Of a stretch of DNA of 64,000 nucleotides, positions 47,623 to 58,451 are shown in pieces (positions within the stretch are counted from its first letter, which is position 1; every line of letters begins with the position of its first letter). Origin of the DNA: Actinomycetota bacterium (GTDB lineage: Bacteria; Actinomycetota; Acidimicrobiia; Acidimicrobiales; CAIXPF01); the NCBI GenBank assembly GCA_034211175.1, contig JAXHUH010000073.1:1-64000 (forward strand), written 5' to 3'. The position numbers were made by a program, and so were the translations under genes. The notes under the pieces were generated by a model, which worked only from the letters and a program-made list of their open reading frames with translations, was not told the DNA's origin and searched no databases.

Positions 47623-49866
47623 TCAGCCGGCGTCGGCCGCGGGCGGCTCCACGCCGACGCGCTCGAACAGCACGCCGAGCAGCTCGATCGCCGCCTTCGG
47701 GATCTGGGTGCCCGGCGGGTAGATGGCCGACGCCCCGGCCGCGAGCAGCTCGTCGAAGTCCTGGGGCGGGATGACGCCGCCGACCACGATCACGATGTCG
47801 TCGCGGCCCATGGCCGCCAGCTCGTCGCGCAGCGCGGGCACGAACGTCAGGTGGCCGGCGGCGAGCGAGCTCACGCCGACGACGTGGACGTCCGCCTCGA
47901 CCGCCTGGCGGGCCGCCTCGGCCGGCGTGGCGAACAGCGGGCCGACGTCGACGTCGAAGCCGAGGTCGGCGAACGCGGTGGCGATCACCTTCTGGCCCCG
48001 GTCGTGGCCGTCCTGGCCCATCTTCGCGACGAGGATCCGGGGCCGGCGACCCTCGGCCTCCTCGAACGCCGCCACCAGCTCGGCGCAGCGGTCCTTGGCC
48101 CCGTCGTCGCTCGACAGCTCTCGCGAGTACACGCCCTCAACCGTTCGGATCGGGGCGGTGTGCCGCCCGAAGACCTTCTCCATGGCGTCGCTGATCTCGC
48201 CGACCGTCGCCTTTGCCCGGGCCGCGTCGATCGACAGGGCCATCAGGTTGCCGTCGGCGGCGGCGCCGTTGGTCAGGGCGGTGAGCGCGGCCTGGCAGGC
48301 GTCCTCGTCGCGCTCGTCGCGCAGGCGCTCGAGCTTCGCCTTCTGCATCCGCAGGACCTCGGCGTTGTCGACCTTGAGGACGTCGATGTCCTCGGCCTCG
48401 TCGAGGGGGTAGCGGTTGACGCCGACGACGGTCTGGCGGCCCGAGTCGATCCGGGCCTGGGTCCGGGCCGCGGCCTCCTCGATGCGCAGCTTGGGCACGC
48501 CGGCGTCGATCGCCTCGGCCATGCCGCCCATCGAGTCGATCTCGGCGATGTGGGCCTTCGCCTTCATCGCCAGCTCCGCGGTGAGCCGCTCCACGTAGTA
48601 GCTGCCGCCCCACGGGTCGATCACCGAGGTGGTCTGCGACTCCTGCTGGAGGAGGAGCTGGGTGTTGCGGGCGATGCGGGCGCTGAAGTCGGTCGGCAGC
48701 GCCAGCGCCTCGTCCATCGAGTTGGTGTGGAGCGACTGGGTGTGGCCCTGGGTGGCGGCCATCGCCTCCACGCAGGTGCGGACGACGTTGTTGTAGACGT
48801 CCTGGGCGGTGAGGCTCCACCCCGAGGTCTGCGAGTGGGTGCGCAGCGACAGCGACTTCGGGTTCTTCGCGTCGAAGCCCGCCATCAGGTCGGCCCACAG
48901 CAGGCGGGCGGCCCGGAGCTTGGCGACCTCCATGAAGAAGTTCATGCCGATGGCCCAGAAGAAGCTGAGCCGGGGGGCGAACGTGTCGACGTCGAGGCCG
49001 GCGGCCATGCCCGCCTTCACGTACTCGACGCCGTCGGCGAGCGTGTACGCCAGCTCGAGGTCGGCGGTCGCGCCGGCCTCCTGCATGTGGTAGCCGGAGA
49101 TCGAGATCGAGTTGAACCGCGGCATGTGCTGCGACGTGAACGAGAAGATGTCGCTGATGATCCGCATGGAGGGGCCCGGGGGGTAGATGTAGGTGTTCCG
49201 GACCATGAACTCCTTGAGGATGTCGTTCTGGATCGTCCCCGCGAGCTGCTCGGGGGCGACACCCTGCTCCTCCGCGGCGACGACGTAGAGCGCCATCACC
49301 GGGAGGACCGCGCCGTTCATCGTCATCGACACGCTCATCCGGTCGAGCGGGATGCGGTCGAAGAGCGTGCGCATGTCGTAGATCGAGTCGATGGCCACGC
49401 CGGCCATGCCGACGTCGCCCGCCACGCGGGGGTTGTCGGAGTCGTAGCCCCGGTGGGTGGCGAGGTCGAACGCCACCGACAGGCCGCGCTGGCCGGCCGC
49501 CAGGTTGCGCCGGTAGAACGCGTTCGAGTCCTCGGCCGTGGAGAAGCCCGCGTACTGGCGGATCGTCCACGGCTGGCTCGTGTACATCGTCGCGTAGGGG
49601 CCGCGCAGGTACGGCGGCAGGCCCGGGTACGTGCGGAGGAAGTCGAGCCCGGCGACGTCGTCGGCGGTGTAGAGCGGCTTCACCCCGATGCCCTCGGGGG
49701 CCTCCCACACGAAGGCGTCGACGTCCTTGCCCGTCTCCGCCTCCACCCGGTCGCGCCACGCGCCGAGGTCGGCGGTGCCGCTGCTGCCGCCGAGGCCGAC
49801 CGTCGAGAAGTCGATGTCGGCGAGTGGCCCGCCGCCCTGCGTCGTCGAGTCGCGGTTCGTCGTCAT
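47623..49866 (-). CDS. mutB: methylmalonyl-CoA mutase large (alpha) subunit with C-terminal B12-binding domain
   Basis: 747 aa. Collinear with MutB/ScpA ([33 protein letters not shown]…; the DxHxxG B12 motif lies in GHDRGQKV). Confidence 0.95.
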   Translation of the reverse strand: MTTNRDSTTQGGGPLADIDFSTVGLGGSSGTADLGAWRDRVEAETGKDVDAFVWEAPEGIGVKPLYTADDVAGLDFLRTYPGLPPYLRGPYATMYTSQPWTIRQYAGFSTAEDSNAFYRRNLAAGQRGLSVAFDLATHRGYDSDNPRVAGDVGMAGVAIDSIYDMRTLFDRIPLDRMSVSMTMNGAVLPVMALYVVAAEEQGVAPEQLAGTIQNDILKEFMVRNTYIYPPGPSMRIISDIFSFTSQHMPRFNSISISGYHMQEAGATADLELAYTLADGVEYVKAGMAAGLDVDTFAPRLSFFWAIGMNFFMEVAKLRAARLLWADLMAGFDAKNPKSLSLRTHSQTSGWSLTAQDVYNNVVRTCVEAMAATQGHTQSLHTNSMDEALALPTDFSARIARNTQLLLQQESQTTSVIDPWGGSYYVERLTAELAMKAKAHIAEIDSMGGMAEAIDAGVPKLRIEEAAARTQARIDSGRQTVVGVNRYPLDEAEDIDVLKVDNAEVLRMQKAKLERLRDERDEDACQAALTALTNGAAADGNLMALSIDAARAKATVGEISDAMEKVFGRHTAPIRTVEGVYSRELSSDDGAKDRCAELVAAFEEAEGRRPRILVAKMGQDGHDRGQKVIATAFADLGFDVDVGPLFATPAEAARQAVEADVHVVGVSSLAAGHLTFVPALRDELAAMGRDDIVIVVGGVIPPQDFDELLAAGASAIYPPGTQIPKAAIELLGVLFERVGVEPPAADAG

Positions 49867-51863
49867 GGCCGGGCGACCCCCAGGTGGTCGTGCGCTCGTT
49901 GGAGGGTGTCGAGGACGTCGATGCCGACGTGGACGAACTCGTCGACGCCGGCGTCACGCCACGTCTGCTCGTGCTCGCCGGGCTTGCCGGCGAGGTAGAT
50001 CCGTCGGGCGCCGGCCTCACGCAGCGCCGTCGCGGTCTCCGCGGCGCGCTCGGCGTAGACGTCGTCGGAGGAACAGAGGCAGACGACGGTCGAGTCGTCG
50101 GCCTCGAAGGCGGCGACCGCGGCGGCGACGTCGTCGAGCGGTCCCGGCTCGATGGAACGGACGCCGCCGACGGCGAACAGGTTGGCGGCCCACGTCGCCC
50201 GGGCGGTGTGGGTGGCGATCGGGCCGAGCGTGATCAGCAGGATCGTCGGCTCCGGCGAGGCGTGCTCGGCGGCGTTGCGCAGGGCCTCGAACGGGGCGGA
50301 CGGACGCCGCACCTCGAGCGGGGTGACCCATGCGGCCGGACCGCTGACCGTCGCGGCGACGCGGCCGGTCGTGGCGCCGTCGGTGACGGCGGCGACCGCC
50401 GAGCGGGCGCGGGTGCCGTCACCGGCCGGGGCGAGGTCGAGCGGCACCTCGGAGGTGTCGGCTGGCGGCGACGGCGGGGCCTCCGCCGTACGGCGCGGCA
50501 GGACCTCCTCGAGCGACGGGAACTCGCTGACGCCGGTGAGGGCCGCCTTGCGGGTGGCGAGCGCACGGGCCCGGGGCTCCCAGCTCGCGTCGATCGTCGC
50601 GGCGAGGCTGCCGTCGCCCAGTGCGGCGGCGAGACCGCCGGCCGCCTCGATGGCCTGGAAGCGGCGCCACGCCTCGGCAGCCAGCTCCTCGGTGCGGGCC
50701 TCGACGTACCAGGAGCCGCCGGCCGGGTCGACGACCGCGGCGAGGCGGGACTCGTCGGCCAGCACCAGCTGGGTGTTGCGGGCCACGCGCCGGGCGAGGG
50801 GATCGGGGAGCCCGAGGGCCGCGTCGAAGGGCACGACGGTGACCGCGTCGGCGCCCGCCACCGCGGCGGCGAACGTGGCGATCGTGCCCCGGAGGATGTT
50901 CACCCACGGGTCCCGGGCGGCGAACATGGTCGGCGCGGTCACCGCGTGGAGGAACATCGGTGGGCTGTCAGCCGACGCGCCGGCGACCTCGGCGACCCGC
51001 GCCCAGCATCGGCGGGCGGCCCGGAGCTTGGCGATCGAGGCGAACTGGTCGACCCCGGCCGTGAGCGTGAAGATCAGCTCGGCGCAGGCGGCGTCGACAT
51101 CGAGCCCGCCTCGACTCGTTGCGGCCCGCAGGTAGGCGACGCCGCACGCCAGGGCGTAGGCGAGCTCGTCGGCGTCGCTGCCGCCGGCGTCCGCGACGAT
51201 CGCCGCGTCGACCGACAGGGCCCGCACCCCGGGGTAGCGGGCGGCGCTCAGCGCGGCGAGGTCGGCGGCATCGGCCAGCGCTTCGTCGAGCGGCTGGGGC
51301 AACGTGCCCCGGCGGGCCAGCACGCCGAGCGGGTCGGCGCCGAACCCGCCGCTCGCCGCGCTCGGCGCGACACCCCGGCGCTCCCAGAGGGCCATGAGCA
51401 GCGCCGCGGGGCCGAGCGGGTTGGTGCTCGGCTCGAGCCACACGCCGGCGAGGTCCAACATCACGCCGTCGAGCACGCGGTCGAGGTCGTCGACCGTGTG
51501 GGTGCCCCGGGCGTTGAGCCGGATCGAGGTGACGCCCTTCTCGAGGTCGGTCAGGATCGCCTCGTTCGCCGCGGCGTGGTCGGCGGAGTCGTGGGACTGG
51601 CTCACGTCCCAGCCCCCGGCCGGGCCGCCCGCGGCCCGGGTGCCACGGGTGAAGGGCAGCAGGCCCGGGAGACCGGCCGGATCGCCGTCGGTCGGGTGAT
51701 CGTCGGGCCCGTAGAGCGGCTGGATCTCCAGGCCCTCGGGCGTACGGGTCACGAGCGACTCGAGCGGGCGACCGCGCAGGGCCTTGGTGGCCGCGTCGAG
51801 CCACTCGTCGCGTGAGGGCTCGGCGAATCGGGCGGCGAGCGGTGCGACGTCGGAGGCGGACAC
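49863..51863 (-). CDS. mutA: methylmalonyl-CoA mutase small (beta) subunit
   Basis: 666 aa. Mutase fold without the conserved B12 His context. Stop overlaps the mutB start (ATGA at 49863-49866). Confidence 0.9.
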   Translation of the reverse strand: MSASDVAPLAARFAEPSRDEWLDAATKALRGRPLESLVTRTPEGLEIQPLYGPDDHPTDGDPAGLPGLLPFTRGTRAAGGPAGGWDVSQSHDSADHAAANEAILTDLEKGVTSIRLNARGTHTVDDLDRVLDGVMLDLAGVWLEPSTNPLGPAALLMALWERRGVAPSAASGGFGADPLGVLARRGTLPQPLDEALADAADLAALSAARYPGVRALSVDAAIVADAGGSDADELAYALACGVAYLRAATSRGGLDVDAACAELIFTLTAGVDQFASIAKLRAARRCWARVAEVAGASADSPPMFLHAVTAPTMFAARDPWVNILRGTIATFAAAVAGADAVTVVPFDAALGLPDPLARRVARNTQLVLADESRLAAVVDPAGGSWYVEARTEELAAEAWRRFQAIEAAGGLAAALGDGSLAATIDASWEPRARALATRKAALTGVSEFPSLEEVLPRRTAEAPPSPPADTSEVPLDLAPAGDGTRARSAVAAVTDGATTGRVAATVSGPAAWVTPLEVRRPSAPFEALRNAAEHASPEPTILLITLGPIATHTARATWAANLFAVGGVRSIEPGPLDDVAAAVAAFEADDSTVVCLCSSDDVYAERAAETATALREAGARRIYLAGKPGEHEQTWRDAGVDEFVHVGIDVLDTLQRAHDHLGVARP

Positions 51864-51971
51864 GCCGCGATGCTAGGAAAGCGACCCTCCGGCGCCCAAG
51901 TCCCGACGGCATCACCGCCACCGCGCCCTACATGACCGGGTTCGCGATGCGGCCCCGGCCCGGTGCCGCGC

Positions 51972-52535
51972 TCAGGCTCCTTCGGTTGGTGCGGGCCCGG
52001 CCACCGGATCGATCAGCGTCGTGAGCCGCACCGACGGCTGCAGCGCGGTGGGCTTCCAGCCCGTCGCCTCCTGGATGAAGCCGCCAGGATCGACCCGGTC
52101 GCGGACCCATCGCTTGTCGAGGACCGGGACGCGGTGCCAGTCGACGACGTCGCCGGTTCGCTCGGAGACCGGGACCGAGAACACGTCGGAGAACGACGGT
52201 CGGCCGAGCACGGCCGGTGGGCGGCGGACCGGCCAGCGATCGACGACCAGCTGGCGCCCGAAGCGGCGCTCCATGACCACCCACCACACGATCGTGAGCA
52301 CGTCGCCGTCGCGGCCGACCCGGGCGGCCCACAGCCGCAGGAGCCCGGCGGCGTCGATCTCCGCCGGCACCCAGTTCTCGCTGAAGTACGTCGCGTCGCG
52401 CAGCTCCCAGTCGAGGCGCAGGCGGCGGTTCTGGAGCACCATGCCCCACTCGAGGTCGCGGATCGTCCACGTCTCGTCGGGCTCGGGTGACGGTGCCGCG
52501 GGGTCCTGCGGCGGATCGACGGGGCTGACGTCCAC
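51972..52535 (-). CDS. hypothetical protein (187 aa)
   Basis: Trp-rich, non-repetitive ORF. No family recognised. Confidence 0.45.
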   Translation of the reverse strand: MDVSPVDPPQDPAAPSPEPDETWTIRDLEWGMVLQNRRLRLDWELRDATYFSENWVPAEIDAAGLLRLWAARVGRDGDVLTIVWWVVMERRFGRQLVVDRWPVRRPPAVLGRPSFSDVFSVPVSERTGDVVDWHRVPVLDKRWVRDRVDPGGFIQEATGWKPTALQPSVRLTTLIDPVAGPAPTEGA

Positions 52536-52654
52536 ATGACTGTCCTACCACCGCCGCGGGGCAAGGGCGCGCCCCGCCACGCCGGTCGGTGAAGGCGGCC
52601 CCGAGCGGTCGCGGGGCCGAGGGCCGCCGGGTGGGGCGGGGCTAGCGTGCCGCC

Positions 52655-53449
52655 GTGGCCGTCGCATCGTCCCTGTTCAGCTCCGGCGGCGGTGTGTTCG
52701 TCCCGTCGCCCGCGGCACGCGGGCCGTGGGACCCGGGTGCGCTCCACGGAGGTGCACCGGCGGCGCTGGTCGCCCATCTCCTGGAGTCGATGCCCTTCGA
52801 CGGCCCGGGTCGGTTCACGCGTCTCTCGGTCGAGCTCCTGCGGCCGGTGCCCCTCGATCACCTCGAGGTCGAGCTCCGGGTGGTGCGCGCCGGGCGCCAG
52901 GTCCAGTGGCTCGAGGCCGGGATCGACGCAGCCGGTCGTCCGGTCGGGCGGGTGCAGGCCACCCGTGTCCGGACCCTGCCGGGTACGAACGACGCGGCAC
53001 CGGGTCCCGACGCGGCGCCGCCCCCGCCCGAGGCGGGCGAGGTGCGCGCGGGCCCGCCGGGCTCGGATGAGGGCGGGTTCGCCACCGACGCACTCGAGCT
53101 GCGCTTCGTCCGCGGTGAGTTCGGGGTGGCGGGACCGGCGACCACCTGGTTCCGCTTCCGCTTCCCGGTGCTCGACGGGGCCGCGGCGTCGCCGTTCGTG
53201 TTGGCCGCGGCGGTGTCGGACTTCGGCAACGGCATCGCCAACGCCCTCGACTGGAACGCCTACACGTTCCTCAACGCCGACCTCGACCTCCACCTCGAGC
53301 GTGCGCCGGAGGGGGAGTGGTTGGCCTCCGAGGCGATCACGTGCCTCGCCGAGGACGGGACCGGCGTCGCCCACGCCCGGCTCCACGACCGGCGCGGGCC
53401 GGTGGGCCGTGCGTCGCAGAGCCTCCTGGTCGTGCCCCGATCCGGCTGA
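52655..53449 (+). CDS. thioesterase-like (double hot-dog, TesB-related) family protein
   Basis: 264 aa. Hot-dog-like halves (GGAPAALVAHLL…; DLHLERAPEGEWLASE). Confidence 0.7.
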   Translation: MAVASSLFSSGGGVFVPSPAARGPWDPGALHGGAPAALVAHLLESMPFDGPGRFTRLSVELLRPVPLDHLEVELRVVRAGRQVQWLEAGIDAAGRPVGRVQATRVRTLPGTNDAAPGPDAAPPPPEAGEVRAGPPGSDEGGFATDALELRFVRGEFGVAGPATTWFRFRFPVLDGAAASPFVLAAAVSDFGNGIANALDWNAYTFLNADLDLHLERAPEGEWLASEAITCLAEDGTGVAHARLHDRRGPVGRASQSLLVVPRSG

Positions 53450-53459
53450 GCGCTCCCCC

Positions 53460-53696
53460 TGATCATCTGAGCTCTCTCCGTGCTCAGGTGAGCACCCTAG
53501 GACGCCGATTCAACGGTGTGAGAGTCGGAGGTCCCAAATCGTGGTGGTCTTCGTGACCTACCTTCAAGGGCGATCGACCCACTCCGTGGTATCTTCAGCT
53601 CAGATGGTTTATTCGGATGATTTGAGCGTGTGTTTCAACCGGGTGGCGGAGGGCACCGTACAGTCTTCGACGAGCGACGACCGGAGGAGCGCGTAG
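53460..53696 (+). promoter_or_regulatory. 237-bp lower-GC leader/promoter region of whiB-like gene
   Basis: A GC drop to roughly 50% with AT-rich stretches (GGTTTATTCGGATGATTTGAGCGTGTGTTTCAACC), read directly. Confidence 0.35.
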
Positions 53697-54026
53697 ATGC
53701 CCTCAGCATCAGACCAAGCGGCCGACGCGATGGCCGATCTGCTGCCCCGATGGACCCAGCAGGCGTGGATGGAGCACTCGGCCTGCAAGTCCCAGACCCA
53801 CCTCTTCTTCCCTCCGCTCGCCGAGCGCCCCCAGGCGCGGGTCAAGCGGGAGTCCGCCGCCCGTCGCGTGTGTGCCGACTGCCCGGTGATGGTCGAGTGC
53901 CGCACCTACGCCCGGGTCCACCGCGAGCACGGCTACTGGGGTGGCGAGAGCGAGGAGGAGCGGGTCCGCGCCGGGTTCGCCCCGTCGAACCCGATCGGCG
54001 GGTCCCGCCTGCGCCGGGCGAGCTGA
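53697..54026 (+). CDS. whiB: WhiB-family (Wbl) Fe-S transcription factor
   Basis: Four Cys in C-Xn-CxxC-X5-C spacing (ACKS…VCADCPVMVEC), HLFFPP motif, and a basic C-terminal tail. Confidence 0.85.
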   Translation: MPSASDQAADAMADLLPRWTQQAWMEHSACKSQTHLFFPPLAERPQARVKRESAARRVCADCPVMVECRTYARVHREHGYWGGESEEERVRAGFAPSNPIGGSRLRRAS

Positions 54027-54132
54027 CCGCCGGCCGACCCACCTGCCGCGCGCCCCGAGCCGGGGTCGACAGGCCCCGAGGATCCGGCCGCCATCGCGGC
54101 CGGATCGGATCGTGGGCGCCGCAGCCGGCTGA

Positions 54133-54501
54133 TCAGCCGCCGGTCGACCCGCCCGAGATCTTGTAGCTCCACAGCTCGGCCGACATGCTGACCGGCGGCG
54201 GGGCGTCCCCTCCGCCGTGCGCGCCGCCTCCGCCGTGCGCCCCACCGGGGCCGCCCGAGCCCTCGGTCCCGCGATGGCCGTGGGCGAACGACTCCGAGTT
54301 CTTCCACGCCTCGAACGACTCCTCGTCGCGCCAGCGGGTCACCACGAGCCACACGTCGCGCCCGTCGGTCGGCTCGAGCAGCTCGAAGCCCTCGAAGCCG
54401 TCCTGGCCGTCGACGGCCCCGGCCCGGGCCGCGAAGCGCCGGGCGAGCTCGCCGCCCATCTCCGCGGCGACGGTGATCGCGTTGATCTTGATGACGGTCA
54501 T
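54133..54501 (-). CDS. antibiotic-biosynthesis-monooxygenase (ABM) domain protein with Gly/His-rich tail
   Basis: ABM fold signature (MTVIKINAITV…GFEGFELL…WRDEESFEAW), then GGPGGAHGGGGAHGGG. Confidence 0.7.
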   Translation of the reverse strand: MTVIKINAITVAAEMGGELARRFAARAGAVDGQDGFEGFELLEPTDGRDVWLVVTRWRDEESFEAWKNSESFAHGHRGTEGSGGPGGAHGGGGAHGGGDAPPPVSMSAELWSYKISGGSTGG

Positions 54502-54649
54502 CTCCGGAGGGTTCCCCTTCTCGGCGTCTGGGACGCCGCGACGCTACCGGTCCCGCCCGCACTGGCTCACCGTCGGGGAACCGTTGCGCAGGAACACGAA
54601 CCTGGCGGCCACGCGCCGTGCTCTACGCTGGCCCGCTCGGAGGTAGCTG

Positions 54650-56176
54650 ATGGCTTCAGACGAGATGGCGGCCGAGACCGACGAGGGCGCCGCTGGCGGC
54701 TCGCTCGAGGAGCAGCGCAAGGTCCGCATCGACAAGGTGGCGGCGCTGCGGGCGGACGGTGTCGACCCCTACCCCGACCGCTTCGAGCGCTCGGCCACCT
54801 CCGACCAGCTGCGTGAGCGGTTCGGTGCCCTCGAGCCCCAGCAGGAGACCGGCGTCGTCGAGCGCGTCGCCGGGCGCGTGCTGCTGCACCGCAACCTCGG
54901 GCGGCTGATCTTCCTCACCCTCAAGGACCCGGGCGGCACCATCCAGCTGTTCGTGTCGAAGGGCGTCATCGGTGCCGAGGCGTTCGCCCGGGTCGCCGAG
55001 CTGGACCGGGGCGACTGGGTCGGCGCCGAGGGCGAGGTCATGACGACCAAGACCGGCGAGCTGTCGGTGAAGGCGGCCGAGGTCCGCCTGCTCGCCAAGG
55101 CGCTGCGACCGCTCCCCGAGAAGCACCGCGGGCTCGCCGATGTCGACACCCGGTTCCGTCAGCGCTACGTCGACCTCATCGTCAACGAGGACGCGCAGCG
55201 GGTGTTCGACATCCGCCACCGCACGATCGCCACCTTCCGGCGGGTGCTCGCCGGGCGCGGCTTCGTCGAGGTCGAGACCCCGGTGCTCCAGCACGAGGCC
55301 GGCGGCGCCGCCGCCCGCCCGTTCACCACCCACCACAACGCGCTCGACATGCAGCTCTACCTGCGCATCGCCACCGAGCTCCACCTCAAGCGGCTCGTGG
55401 TCGGCGGGATGGAGCGGGTCTTCGAGATCGGGCGGATCTTCCGCAACGAGGGCATCGACACCCGCCACAACCCCGAGTTCACGACGGTCGAGATCTACCA
55501 GGCGCTCGCCAACCAGCACGACATGATGGACCTGACCGAGGACCTGGTCGTGGCGGCGGCCCAGGACACGCTCGGCACGACGGTGGTGGAGAGCCCCGAC
55601 GGTCCGGTCGATCTGACGCCCCCGTGGCCCCGTCGCCGCCTGGTCGAGCTCGTCGCCGAGGTGATCGGCGAGGAGGTCGACCCGCGCATGCCGCTCGAAG
55701 ATCTGCGGTCGGTGTGCGACCGCGTCGGGCTCGAGTACGAGGCCCACTGGGGCCCGGGTCGGCTCGTGTACGAGCTGTTCGACGACAAGGTCGAGCGCAC
55801 GCTGTCAGGGCCGGTGTTCGTGCACGAGTACCCCGCCGAGGTGTCGCCGCTCGCCCGACGCAACACCGAGGTCCCCGAGCTCGCCGACCGCTTCGAGCTG
55901 TTCGTGCGCGGTCGTGAGCTCGCCAACGCGTTCAGCGAGCTCAACGAGCCGTCGCTCCAGCGCGCCGCGTTCGAGGCGCAGGTCGACCAGGCCCGTGCCG
56001 GCGACCTGGAGGCGCAGCAGACCGTCGACGAGGACTACCTACGTGCCCTCGAGCACGGCCTGCCCCCCACCGGTGGCCTCGGCATCGGCATCGACCGGCT
56101 GGTCATGCTCCTCGCCGGGGTCGACACCATCCGCGAGGTCATCCTCTTCCCGACGCTGCGCCCCGAGCAGGCCTGA
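54650..56176 (+). CDS. lysS: lysine--tRNA ligase (class II)
   Basis: 508 aa. OB anticodon-binding domain. Class II motifs ([18 protein letters not shown]; [14 protein letters not shown]). Confidence 0.95.
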   Translation: MASDEMAAETDEGAAGGSLEEQRKVRIDKVAALRADGVDPYPDRFERSATSDQLRERFGALEPQQETGVVERVAGRVLLHRNLGRLIFLTLKDPGGTIQLFVSKGVIGAEAFARVAELDRGDWVGAEGEVMTTKTGELSVKAAEVRLLAKALRPLPEKHRGLADVDTRFRQRYVDLIVNEDAQRVFDIRHRTIATFRRVLAGRGFVEVETPVLQHEAGGAAARPFTTHHNALDMQLYLRIATELHLKRLVVGGMERVFEIGRIFRNEGIDTRHNPEFTTVEIYQALANQHDMMDLTEDLVVAAAQDTLGTTVVESPDGPVDLTPPWPRRRLVELVAEVIGEEVDPRMPLEDLRSVCDRVGLEYEAHWGPGRLVYELFDDKVERTLSGPVFVHEYPAEVSPLARRNTEVPELADRFELFVRGRELANAFSELNEPSLQRAAFEAQVDQARAGDLEAQQTVDEDYLRALEHGLPPTGGLGIGIDRLVMLLAGVDTIREVILFPTLRPEQA

Positions 56177-56189
56177 CCTCGGCGTGGGC

Positions 56190-56222
56190 GCCGGGACCGG
56201 GGCCGCCGACCGCGGTCCCGGC
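56190..56222. terminator. GC-rich hairpin (10-bp stem GCCGGGACCG/CGGTCCCGGC) between convergent lysS and glutaminyl cyclase genes
   Basis: Read directly. 13-nt loop. No clear U-tract. Confidence 0.35.
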
Positions 56223-56230
56223 CGGTGGGC

Positions 56231-57196
56231 TCAGCCCTCGGAGAGCTCGAGCACGAACAGCGTCGGCCAGTACTTGCCGGTCACCAGGAAGTGGCCGGTG
56301 GTCTCGTCGTACGCGATGCCGTTGAGGACCGCGCCGTCGAGGGTGACGTCCGGGCGGATCTCGCCGAGGAAGAGGGTGCCGGTGACCACGCCGGTCGTCG
56401 GGTCGATGCGGACGATGTGGTCGGTCTGCCAGACGTTGGCCCAGACCTCGCCGTCGATGCACTCGAGCTCGTTGAGCTGGTTCAGCGGTGCGCCACGGAC
56501 GGTCACGGCCACCGAGCCCGTGACCTCGAAGGTCGTCGGGTCCCGGAACGTGAGCCGGTCGCTGCCGTCGCTCATGACCAGCCGCTCGCCGTCGTGGCAC
56601 AGGCCCCAGCCCTCGCCCTCGTAGGAGTGGGCGTCGACGCGGGCCATCGTGGCCCGGTCCCAGACGAGGGCGCGGCCCGCCTGCCAGGTGAGCTGGATGA
56701 AGTGGTCGTCGATCAGCGCCAGGCCCTCGCCGAACAGCTCGTCGCCGAGCGGTTCAGACCGGACCACCTCGCCGGTCACCGGGTCGAGCTGGCGGAGCTC
56801 GGAACGCTCGTACTGGCCGGTGCTCTCCCACAGCTCGCCGTCGTCGAACACCAGGCCCTGGGTGAAGGCCGCCGTGTCGTGGGGTCGCTCCTCGACGACC
56901 TCGTAGCCGATGGCGACGGGCTCGTCGCCGACCTGCGGGGCGACGGTGGTCGAGGTGACCGAGCTCTCCGTGGCCACTCCCGGGGCGGTCGTCGGAGCGG
57001 CGGTGCCCGGTGCGTCCTCGGGGGTGGTCTCGCCGATCGTCGCCTGCTCGGTCGTGTCCGGCGCGGTGAGCAGCGGGGTGATCGTGTCGGCCGAGCTCTC
57101 CGGAGGTCGGAGCGAGACCTCGCCACCGCACGCGGCGAGCAGGGCGACGGCGACGAGTGGCGCGACCACGACGATCAAGCGGGAACGGGACAGCAC
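56231..57196 (-). CDS. glutaminyl-peptide cyclotransferase-like beta-propeller lipoprotein
   Basis: GTG start assumed at 57196, giving MLSRSRLIVVVAPLVAVALLAACGG (lipobox). Body matches the bacterial/plant glutamine cyclotransferase family. Confidence 0.7.
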   Translation of the reverse strand: MLSRSRLIVVVAPLVAVALLAACGGEVSLRPPESSADTITPLLTAPDTTEQATIGETTPEDAPGTAAPTTAPGVATESSVTSTTVAPQVGDEPVAIGYEVVEERPHDTAAFTQGLVFDDGELWESTGQYERSELRQLDPVTGEVVRSEPLGDELFGEGLALIDDHFIQLTWQAGRALVWDRATMARVDAHSYEGEGWGLCHDGERLVMSDGSDRLTFRDPTTFEVTGSVAVTVRGAPLNQLNELECIDGEVWANVWQTDHIVRIDPTTGVVTGTLFLGEIRPDVTLDGAVLNGIAYDETTGHFLVTGKYWPTLFVLELSEG

Positions 57197-57290
57197 CGAC
57201 AGAAGGGTAGCGACGGCCACCGAGACGCCGACCGCCCCGGTGCGCTGAAATGGGGACCTCGCCCGAGCGACCCGGAACGTGGAGACTGCG

Positions 57291-58403
57291 ATGATCGTTG
57301 GCGTCCCCTCCGAGACCAAGACGCTCGAACGGCGCGTCGCGATGACGCCCGCCGGCGTGCGGGAGGTCGTCGCCGCCGGCCACGAGGTCCTCGTCGAGAA
57401 GGGGGCGGGGGAGGGCTCGGGGCTCGGGGACGACGAGTTCGTCGCCGCCGGCGCCACGATCGTCTCCGACGTCGCCGAGCTCTACGACCGGGCCCGGCTG
57501 ATCGTCCACGTGAAGGAGCCCCAGGCCCGGGACCTCGAGCTGCTGCGGCCCCACCACACGCTGTTCACCTACCTCCACCTGGCCGCCTACCCCGACGTCG
57601 CCGAGGCGCTGATCGAGTGCGGCACCACGGCGATCGCCTACGAGACCGTCGAGCTGGCCTCGGGCGAGCTGCCGCTGTTGGCGCCCATGAGCCGCATCGC
57701 CGGGCGGATGGCCGTCCAGGCCGGCGCGTACTTCCTCGAGGCGGCCCACGGCGGCAAGGGCATCCTCCTCGGTGGGATCCCCGGCGTGTCCATGGCGACG
57801 GTCGTCGTGCTCGGCGCCGGGACCTCGGGATGGCACGCCATCGACGTCGCCGTCGGGCTCGGCGCCAAGGTGACGGTGCTCGACATCTCGTTGCCGAAGC
57901 TCGAGTCGGTCGAGTCGTTCTGGGGCGGACGGGTCGAGACGCTGTACTCCACCCGCCATGCGGTGGAGCACGCCGTTGCCGGCGCCGATCTGGTCATCGG
58001 TGCGGTGCTCGTCGCCGGGCGCCGTGCGCCGGTCGTGGTCGATGCCGAGCAGGTGCGGTCGATGGCCGCGGGCAGCGTGCTCGTCGACATCTCGATCGAC
58101 CAGGGCGGCTGCTTCGAGACGTCCCGGGAGACGACCCACCAGGACCCCGTGTACACGGTCGACGGCGTGATCCACTACGCCGTCGGCAACATCCCCGGCG
58201 CGGTCCCCCGGACGTCGACGTTCGCGCTGACGAACGCGACGCTGCGCTACACGGTCGACCTGGCCGGCGGTCTCGTCCACGCCGCCTCCCGCCACCCCGA
58301 GCTGGTCGCGGGGATCAACGTCGCCGGTGGTGAGGTCACCAACCCGGTCGTCGCGGACACGCTCGGCCTGCCGTACACGCCGGCCGACCAGGTCGTGCGC
58401 TGA
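57291..58403 (+). CDS. ald: alanine dehydrogenase
   Basis: MIVGVPSETK… and Rossmann motif VVVLGAGTSG. Collinear with Ald. Confidence 0.92.
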   Translation: MIVGVPSETKTLERRVAMTPAGVREVVAAGHEVLVEKGAGEGSGLGDDEFVAAGATIVSDVAELYDRARLIVHVKEPQARDLELLRPHHTLFTYLHLAAYPDVAEALIECGTTAIAYETVELASGELPLLAPMSRIAGRMAVQAGAYFLEAAHGGKGILLGGIPGVSMATVVVLGAGTSGWHAIDVAVGLGAKVTVLDISLPKLESVESFWGGRVETLYSTRHAVEHAVAGADLVIGAVLVAGRRAPVVVDAEQVRSMAAGSVLVDISIDQGGCFETSRETTHQDPVYTVDGVIHYAVGNIPGAVPRTSTFALTNATLRYTVDLAGGLVHAASRHPELVAGINVAGGEVTNPVVADTLGLPYTPADQVVR

Positions 58404-58420
58404 GGCGCCACCCGCCGCGG

Positions 58421-58437
58421 TCACCCCGTAGGGGTGA
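58421..58437 (+). terminator. short perfect hairpin TCACCCC-gta-GGGGTGA 18 nt after the ald stop
   Basis: Read directly. 7-bp stem. Followed by ATCGG, not a U-tract. Confidence 0.35.
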
Positions 58438-58451
58438 TCGGCCCCGATAGC

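Noticed and set aside
46588-49998. 1136-aa plus-strand and 627-aa minus-strand ORFs across meaB/mutB/mutA
   Set aside because: Antisense or off-frame to the strongly supported mutase operon. Arg-rich junk.
51864-51971. Cobalamin riboswitch upstream of mutA
   Set aside because: No recognisable B12-box-like GCCACTG core. B12-dependent mutase operons are not typical riboswitch targets.
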